Positions 58,244 through 64,000 of a stretch of 64,000 bases of DNA are shown one piece after another. Both the position numbers and the translations under genes were made by a program. Where the stretch lies: positions 290,902-354,901 of the forward strand of contig JBPOGI010000006.1 in the NCBI GenBank assembly GCA_051251855.1, given 5' to 3'. The DNA comes from Roseibacillus sp. (GTDB taxonomy: Bacteria; Verrucomicrobiota; Verrucomicrobiia; Verrucomicrobiales; Akkermansiaceae). The notes under the pieces were generated by a model, which made no database searches, was not told the origin of the DNA, and worked only from the letters and a program-made list of their open reading frames with translations. Position 1 is the first letter of the stretch; each line of letters starts with the position of its first letter.

Positions 58244-60535
58244 ATGAAGGTTCGAAAAATGAGTTCGAGTGAGAAAATCAGGACGATGACAAGGCGGTGT
58301 TTTAGGAGAGAGCGCGAGGTTGAAGGGGTTGCAAGGAGTGTTGTCTCCTTGCTTTTCATGGCCTTCAATTTTTCTGCTTATGGTCTCGTAGTGAAGTCCT
58401 CCGATGCTCCAACGGAGGACATTATTGACTTCTCTCCACCTGGCCTTGTGGTTGATACAGCGCTACTTGATGAGGCGGTTCACTCCAATCATGCGCGAGG
58501 ACAGTTGTTTTCTTTAGGAGAGGGAATGGGCAATCGATTTTTGATTACTGGAGTTACGGTCCGTAAGAGTTCGACCCAGACATTTACTGGCGATCAACTC
58601 ACGATGAGAATTTTTAAGGGGACATCAAGCCAGTGGCTAACGGGTACTGGGCATTCGTCTGCAGAGGATGGAGACGACTACTATGTTGGGACGAGTGTGA
58701 CTGAGCTTGGCTCCGAGAGGTTCGATCTATGGGGAACGATTGAGGATAATGAGTATGTCACTTTCGAGTTTTTTGCTCCGGTCATCGTTGAGGAAAATTC
58801 GGATTTAGGGTTCTTGATGACCTATGAACAGGCTGACGGGTCCGCTTCTGATCGTTTTCGTCACTATGAGCACAATGGCATTCCGGATTCGGATGGAAAT
58901 CGTCTCTCGGTCCGGACTTCCGATCACACGGTTACTAGTTTTCGAAGGATACAGTATTTTGTTCATGGAATCGAGGTGGTCTCCCCTACTGATTTTTCGC
59001 CTTTGGCGGATGCGCTTCCAGCCTGCGTCTCTATAGTAGAAGGGGGTGACGTGACTCTTGTTCCCGATATTGATGTTGGGGCGGGAGCGACCTTCGAGTG
59101 GTTTGAGGAGGTAGTAGATGGGGCTGCGGTTCCCATTAGTTGGGCAACTTCAGCGAGTTTTCCCGCAACGGGGGTAACCGAAGAGAGCCGTCTTTGGGTG
59201 AGGATTACCGATGGTCTGGATGTGTTCGTAAGCGGGATTGTGGAGTTGCAACCAACGAGGAATTTGTGGACCTATGTTGACGCGCAGACCAGTCAATCTG
59301 ATGTCACGGGGTATACTACTTTGGGCGACGGGCAGGTGATTGTGCCGGAGGATTTGGGAAGTCTCGACTGGACGCAATCTCCTGCGATCAATCAGGGAGA
59401 CAATGCTTGGGCGAATCGAGGATACGGCAATGGCGGAACGGTGTTGGAAGCTTGGTCTGGAGAAGACGCACCGATATTGAAGACCGTGCTAACGGGTCTT
59501 GAGCCAAACGAAGTCTATCAAATTTCAGGGTATTTTTGGACAAGGCTGGACCAGAGATGGGATATCGGTTTGGGCTTGCTGGCTACCGACCCCTATCATC
59601 GCTTCTCCACGCGTGCTTGTCATTTAGGCGACTTTAATACGGACGTGAGTGGAACCTTCTTTGATGCGGGAAGATTTGGTTTGGCGGGTGTGAAAATACG
59701 TGAGGACGATCTCTATTTTCAAGAGATTGTGCTTACGGTAGCAGATGCGGATGAGAACGGAGAGTTATCGGTGCTCATTAATGATGTGCCAGGAAATGGT
59801 GGGAGAACATGGTACGATGGTCTTGGCTATCGGCTTGCGCCACTTTCTCACCGGGTTGGAGGAGGGGTGACTCAAACAAGTTTTGGAGCATCGGTGGGAG
59901 GCACTACAGGAGCTCTCAAGGTTGTGATTTCACCTCCAGAGATTGGAGCTCGATGGAATCTTGCTCCGAGTGAGCCGGATGCTCTCTTCGGGCTTGAGTC
60001 AGAGGATACTCTCTCGTCAATTGCGGCTTCATCGGAACCAAAGATTCTGGTGTTGAGTGAGGTGGAAGGATATTTGATTCCGCAAAGTGCCGAGATCGAG
60101 ATCGTGGCTGGCGAAACTGTTGTGGTAACTTACGAGTATGCTCCAGAGTCACTGCCTTTGACGAAGGAGGAGATTTGGCTGTTGAACAGCTTCGGGGAAT
60201 TGGGGCGCGAGGGAACTCAGGACTGGGAAGAAGATTTCGATGGTGATGGTCGGAGTAATCGAGTGGAGTTTCTTGCAGGCACGGATCCGGATCAGGACGA
60301 CGACTTTTTTAAGTTGGACAAGACCGGTATCGAGGGAGGGCTGTTTCGAGCCGAGTTTTTAGGGAAAGGCGAGAGGAGTTATTGTTTGGAGCGACTCAAT
60401 CTAGAGACGCTTGTTTGGGAGCCGGTGCAGGGTCAGGAAACGGGTAGCTTGTTAAGTGGAGGTTCAATCGAATTGCAGGACACCGTAAGCGGAGAAGACA
60501 AGGGCCTTTTCCGAGTGACTGTCGACTTTCCCTGA
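58244..60535 (+). CDS. Secreted multidomain beta-rich protein with Ig-like and C-terminal sorting-like domain
   Basis: Hydrophobic signal VVSLLFMAFNFSAYG; Ig-like EGGDVTL...FEWF...LWVRIT; tail DFDGDGRSNRVEFLAGTDP...KGLFRVTV. Exact start uncertain. Confidence 0.75.
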   Translation: MKVRKMSSSEKIRTMTRRCFRREREVEGVARSVVSLLFMAFNFSAYGLVVKSSDAPTEDIIDFSPPGLVVDTALLDEAVHSNHARGQLFSLGEGMGNRFLITGVTVRKSSTQTFTGDQLTMRIFKGTSSQWLTGTGHSSAEDGDDYYVGTSVTELGSERFDLWGTIEDNEYVTFEFFAPVIVEENSDLGFLMTYEQADGSASDRFRHYEHNGIPDSDGNRLSVRTSDHTVTSFRRIQYFVHGIEVVSPTDFSPLADALPACVSIVEGGDVTLVPDIDVGAGATFEWFEEVVDGAAVPISWATSASFPATGVTEESRLWVRITDGLDVFVSGIVELQPTRNLWTYVDAQTSQSDVTGYTTLGDGQVIVPEDLGSLDWTQSPAINQGDNAWANRGYGNGGTVLEAWSGEDAPILKTVLTGLEPNEVYQISGYFWTRLDQRWDIGLGLLATDPYHRFSTRACHLGDFNTDVSGTFFDAGRFGLAGVKIREDDLYFQEIVLTVADADENGELSVLINDVPGNGGRTWYDGLGYRLAPLSHRVGGGVTQTSFGASVGGTTGALKVVISPPEIGARWNLAPSEPDALFGLESEDTLSSIAASSEPKILVLSEVEGYLIPQSAEIEIVAGETVVVTYEYAPESLPLTKEEIWLLNSFGELGREGTQDWEEDFDGDGRSNRVEFLAGTDPDQDDDFFKLDKTGIEGGLFRAEFLGKGERSYCLERLNLETLVWEPVQGQETGSLLSGGSIELQDTVSGEDKGLFRVTVDFP

Positions 60536-60536
60536 C

Positions 60537-61652
60537 TCACTGGCTTTCGGTCTGCTTAACGAAGTTGGTTAAGCGTTGGACCATAGTGGTAAGGTAGTCT
60601 TGAACTGGTTCGAACTCTTGCATTCGGGCCCAGGTATCGACGACTTCAAGGGAACGGAGATCGCGGTCGCGGAGGTCGTTTCCGTCGAAGGCGGTTTGGG
60701 TGGTGAGGAGGTTGTTGGAGACCATCATGTTCCCATTGGGGAAAGTGGCGGCGAAGGATTGCAGTTCGGTAGCGGTGCGTTCGGGGGCGAGGAGCCAGCT
60801 TTGGAGGATGCTGCGTTGTTCGTTGCTGCGGACGTCGGCGCGGGCCATTTGCTGGGCGGTCATCTCGGGGCGGGCTTGGTGGAGGGTCGTGTCGGCAGCG
60901 AGGAGGGGGAGCATGGCCTCGGTCTGGTTTTGAGTGAGGCGATCGAGGGTGATGAAGCTGGCGTGGGCGAGGTCTTTGCGATCTTTATTTTGCACCAGTT
61001 CTGAGAGGAGGGGGCTGGATTCGGTGGCTCCGATGTGGACGAGGGTATCGAAGGCATTGAGATAGCCGGCCGAAGGATTCTGCTGCCAATCGGGGTTTTG
61101 GATAAGGGCTTCTGTTTTTTCTCGGAGAAAATCGCGGGAGTCTTCTTCGACGCGGGCGACATTCCGCAGCGCCAAAGCCCACTCGTCGGCGGTGGTGGGA
61201 GTGGAAAGAATTTCGCGGCTGAGTTGAGCTGCGGCCTCGGGATTGATTTTTCCGAGGTGGTCTAAGAGTGCGGTGCGAAGGGAGGCGGCAGATTTGAGCT
61301 GGCCGTCTTTTTCGACTTCGAAGGTGAGGGGGAGTTCGGCATCGTCTCCGGTGGCGAGGTAGTCTTCTACAAAGGTGGCCGCTTCCTCGGGAGAGAGTTG
61401 TTCGAGGGTTTGGCGGAGTTCGGTGAGGAGTTTCTGAGCGGACTGGGGGTCGCTGCTTTGGGCGAGGTTGGAGCAAAGCTGTTTTGCCTCAGAAAGATGG
61501 GACTGAGATGGGTGAGGGGTTGCGGGAGAGGATGGAAGAGCGTTCGGTTGATTGGGTTGACTATCAGGAGTGCTTTCTTTTCTGGAGAGCAGCACAAGAC
61601 AAAGTACGATCGCTAAACCGAGTGAAAGGAGGATGATACTTTTTGGCTTCAT
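60537..61652 (-). CDS. Membrane-anchored helical (HEAT-like) hypothetical protein
   Basis: MKPKSIILLSLGLAIVLCLVLL anchor from ATG 61652, Pro/Ser linker, helical body. Confidence 0.75.
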   Translation of the reverse strand: MKPKSIILLSLGLAIVLCLVLLSRKESTPDSQPNQPNALPSSPATPHPSQSHLSEAKQLCSNLAQSSDPQSAQKLLTELRQTLEQLSPEEAATFVEDYLATGDDAELPLTFEVEKDGQLKSAASLRTALLDHLGKINPEAAAQLSREILSTPTTADEWALALRNVARVEEDSRDFLREKTEALIQNPDWQQNPSAGYLNAFDTLVHIGATESSPLLSELVQNKDRKDLAHASFITLDRLTQNQTEAMLPLLAADTTLHQARPEMTAQQMARADVRSNEQRSILQSWLLAPERTATELQSFAATFPNGNMMVSNNLLTTQTAFDGNDLRDRDLRSLEVVDTWARMQEFEPVQDYLTTMVQRLTNFVKQTESQ

Positions 61653-61660
61653 CAAGAGAG

Positions 61661-61686
61661 TGACGTTGGAATGGAGAGAACTTGCA
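61661..61686 (-). promoter_or_regulatory. Putative ECF promoter copy 3 (TGCAAGT-N13-ACGTCA)
   Basis: Minus strand TGCAAGT tctctccattcca ACGTCA, 8 nt before ATG 61652. Confidence 0.7.
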
Positions 61687-61808
61687 CAATGATTGTATGT
61701 TTTGCGAGGGAAGGAATGCTTCTTTGGTCTTGTGATGGGCTGACTGTGGTCCTTAAGCTGCTCTGTTTTCCGGTAGAATTGGCTTTCGAAAAAAAGTTTG
61801 AGAAATTC

Positions 61809-61834
61809 TGCAAGAGCACGAGAACGTTGCGTCA
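61809..61834 (+). promoter_or_regulatory. Putative ECF promoter copy 4 (TGCAAGA-N13-GCGTCA)
   Basis: TGCAAGA gcacgagaacgtt GCGTCA upstream of ATG 61895. Confidence 0.75.
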
Positions 61835-61894
61835 ATCCTGCACTGGGATGCGAAGGCGTCTCACTCATTCATCAAATCCCCATTGAAAAAGATT

Positions 61895-63268
61895 ATGAAA
61901 AAGTTCCTATATTTCATCACCTGCCTCTTACTGACATTCAATTCCTCCCTTTGGGCGGATATTGTTGTTCCCGGGGCAGATGGTTCGGACTGTGATCTGA
62001 CGATCACGGTCGATACCGAGATTGATTTGTCACTGGCTGCGACTGCACCTTGGAATGCCAGTTATGCCACCTTGGCGGCAGCAGACCCTGACCGAGCGGC
62101 GGCTGACTATATTGCGAAAGGAGTCTACGACCCTGAGAAGTGGGCGGTGGTCTTTCGCTATACCGATGTGAGTATCGCGGCAGGGGCGACAGTGACGTTT
62201 AAGAATCACCCGAGTCGGGCTCCGGTGGTTTGGCTGGTCAGTGGGGATGTGGATATTGCGGGGACGGTGAGTTTGGATGGGGAGAACGCTGCCGACGTGG
62301 TGGTTACTCGGCCAATGAGACAGGCGGAGCCTGGGCCAGGTGGTTTTCGAGGAGGTCTCTCCACTCATGATGTTAGCTCTCCTGTCTTTCAAACCTTGAA
62401 TCAAGGGTCGGGCTTTGGTCCTGGAGGGGGCAATATTGGCGACGGCCCCGGAGCGAAAAAGGGACATGGCGGAAACTACTTCACTGCTTCATCGCAGACT
62501 AGCGAAGGACCTCGACCTATTCTTTATGGGAATCCAAGTTTGTTGCCATTGATTGGAGGGTCTGGGGGGGCTGGAGATGGTGAGCGTATTTTCGGAGATG
62601 TTGGCGGGGGCGGAGGCGGAGGTGCAATTCTTGTTGCTTGCAAGAATTGCATCTCTTTGAGCGGTATAATTCGTGCCAATGGTGGCCCCGGTTTCGGCTC
62701 GGGTGATAGGGAAACAGGTGGTGGAAGCGGCGGAGGAGTTCGAGTGGTTTGCAATGAATTTAACGGTGACGGAGCAATCCAGACCGCAGGCGGAGGAGAG
62801 GGGTGGTCAACCGGAGGCTTGGGTCGAATTCGTATCGAGAGGGTCCTCGTCGACAATACTCTCAACTTCAGTCCAACTCCGAGTTCCGCTGTTCTTCTAG
62901 ATGATGACGAAGCATTAGTTTGGTTACCTAATATTGCTCCAAGTGCTGAGTTGATTTCGCTCGAAGGAGTCATGGCTCCTAGCGATCCACGAGCAGGAGT
63001 TGATGGAGAAAGTTTCGGGCCAGATTTTATTGCGGGGAATTCACCCACTGCTGAAGCGGTGATTGAGACCACAAACCTTCCTCAAGATGGGACTGTTCAA
63101 ATACGAGTGAACCGGAGGACAAACGGGGATTATCAAACTGTGCAAGCAACGTTTCACTCTCAGATTAGCGCAGATCCTTTGGTTTTGAGATGGGTCGCAG
63201 ACGTACCAATCACCGATGGCTATTCTGCGATTCAGGTTCGGATCGCGACGCCTTCTTCGAATCCGTAG
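61895..63268 (+). CDS. Secreted glycine-rich domain protein
   Basis: Signal peptide MKKFLYFITCLLLTFNSSLWA; GPGGFRGG, GGSGGAG, GGGGGGGAIL, ANGG, GGGSGGGVRV motifs. Confidence 0.8.
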   Translation: MKKFLYFITCLLLTFNSSLWADIVVPGADGSDCDLTITVDTEIDLSLAATAPWNASYATLAAADPDRAAADYIAKGVYDPEKWAVVFRYTDVSIAAGATVTFKNHPSRAPVVWLVSGDVDIAGTVSLDGENAADVVVTRPMRQAEPGPGGFRGGLSTHDVSSPVFQTLNQGSGFGPGGGNIGDGPGAKKGHGGNYFTASSQTSEGPRPILYGNPSLLPLIGGSGGAGDGERIFGDVGGGGGGGAILVACKNCISLSGIIRANGGPGFGSGDRETGGGSGGGVRVVCNEFNGDGAIQTAGGGEGWSTGGLGRIRIERVLVDNTLNFSPTPSSAVLLDDDEALVWLPNIAPSAELISLEGVMAPSDPRAGVDGESFGPDFIAGNSPTAEAVIETTNLPQDGTVQIRVNRRTNGDYQTVQATFHSQISADPLVLRWVADVPITDGYSAIQVRIATPSSNP

Positions 63269-63302
63269 CTAGTTGATTTCGCTTTCGAAAGGAAGAAACG
63301 TA

Positions 63303-64000
63303 ATGATGAAAACGAATTGGAGAGCGATTTTGATTGGGATGCTTAGCCTTGGGCTAAGTGCGATCCAAGCAAGAGCTGTTGAGCAATTCTATCAGGTCGA
63401 TTCGCAATCATCCTTTTATAACATCGTAAGCAATTCTCCTCTCGTCGTTGAGCTAGCGAGTTTGGAGATTTCTCCCGGGGATGTCATCTCTTTGACTAAG
63501 AAGGGGAGCTACGATGGGGGTGGCTCAGTTGGAGTGAGAGGGCGGTTGCGGGCCGTCTTTAGTGCCTCCAACCAATTGTTACCTATCGGCAATGACCATC
63601 GTGTAGTGGATGCTATTGAAGCTGGAGATGATGTCGTTAGTTTTGCGCCTGATATTCCTGAAGACTTTAGCTTGTTAGGAGTGAATCATGCAGATGACTT
63701 CACTCTTCAAATCGAAGTTCCAGCGATGGCCGGTTACCTTTTTTTTGGAGTAGGGGATAGTAATTTCGGAGACAATTCGGATCCCGATGGAGACTTTGGA
63801 GTGACGATCAGTTCGAACTCTTGTGAGACCTTCGAGTATCCTGAATTCATCACCCGCGAGTATTCGGTCTTTTCGTCTTCCGAATCGGACCCTGGGCAAC
63901 CTTACCAAGAGTTCATCACCCGCGAGTATTCGGTTTTCTCGTCCTCCGAGTCCGATCCTGCCCAACCTTACCAAGAGTTCATCACTCGTGAGTATTCGGT
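63303..64000 (+). CDS. Secreted protein with 22-aa tandem repeats (partial, runs off window end)
   Basis: Manual translation MMKTNWRAILIGMLSLGLSAIQARA...; open to 64000; not in the ORF track. Confidence 0.8.
   Translation, partial: MMKTNWRAILIGMLSLGLSAIQARAVEQFYQVDSQSSFYNIVSNSPLVVELASLEISPGDVISLTKKGSYDGGGSVGVRGRLRAVFSASNQLLPIGNDHRVVDAIEAGDDVVSFAPDIPEDFSLLGVNHADDFTLQIEVPAMAGYLFFGVGDSNFGDNSDPDGDFGVTISSNSCETFEYPEFITREYSVFSSSESDPGQPYQEFITREYSVFSSSESDPAQPYQEFITREYS
63843..64000 (+). repeat. 66-bp coding tandem repeat (at least 2.4 copies)
   Basis: Units start at 63843, 63909 and 63975 and encode EFITREYSVFSSSESDP(G/A)QPYQ, differing mostly at synonymous sites. Confidence 0.9.

Noticed and set aside
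63843..64000. Repeat array as a CRISPR
   Set aside because: Contiguous in-frame 66-bp units without unique spacers; variation is synonymous; no cas genes.

Overview
Bacterial chromosome window, most likely from a Verrucomicrobiota genome. This is inferred from a VPEP...LLRRRR PEP-CTERM protein, sulfatase richness and repeated C-terminal 'DxDxDGxSN..E...G.(D/N)P...FxR' tails. It has four parts. (1) 1-22 kb: mostly housekeeping and carbohydrate genes (esterase, PIG-L deacetylase, MFS-Gfo/Idh/MocA-DUF1080 operon, di-heme peroxidase, truA, FKBP, M23/OmpA, ftsK, phnA, pfkB kinase, glmS, TonB-like). (2) 22-27 kb: a decaying rimK/transglutaminase/SMUG1 patch with several pseudogenes. (3) 27.3-48.7 kb: a sulfated-glycan island with 5 intact and 1 truncated sulfatase, a GH71/99-like enzyme, GH92, a two-component system, a PEP-CTERM protein and an FN3/LamG surface protein. 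Its promoters share a 20-bp motif TGTC(G/A/C)TCA-N6-GGACTA. The island is bracketed by two diverged direct copies of an HTH-SMUG1 cassette that have been reciprocally pseudogenised. (4) 50-64 kb, the best candidate for an undescribed system: subtilase + GAF protein, divergent from ECF sigma + small protein + FecR/TPR/beta-barrel receptor + CHASE2 adenylate cyclase, followed by secreted proteins. An ECF-type promoter TGCAAG(A/T)-N13-(G/A)CGTCA occurs four times with identical spacing, in front of the receptor/cyclase operon and all three downstream transcription units. No rRNA, tRNA, CRISPR array or transposase was seen.
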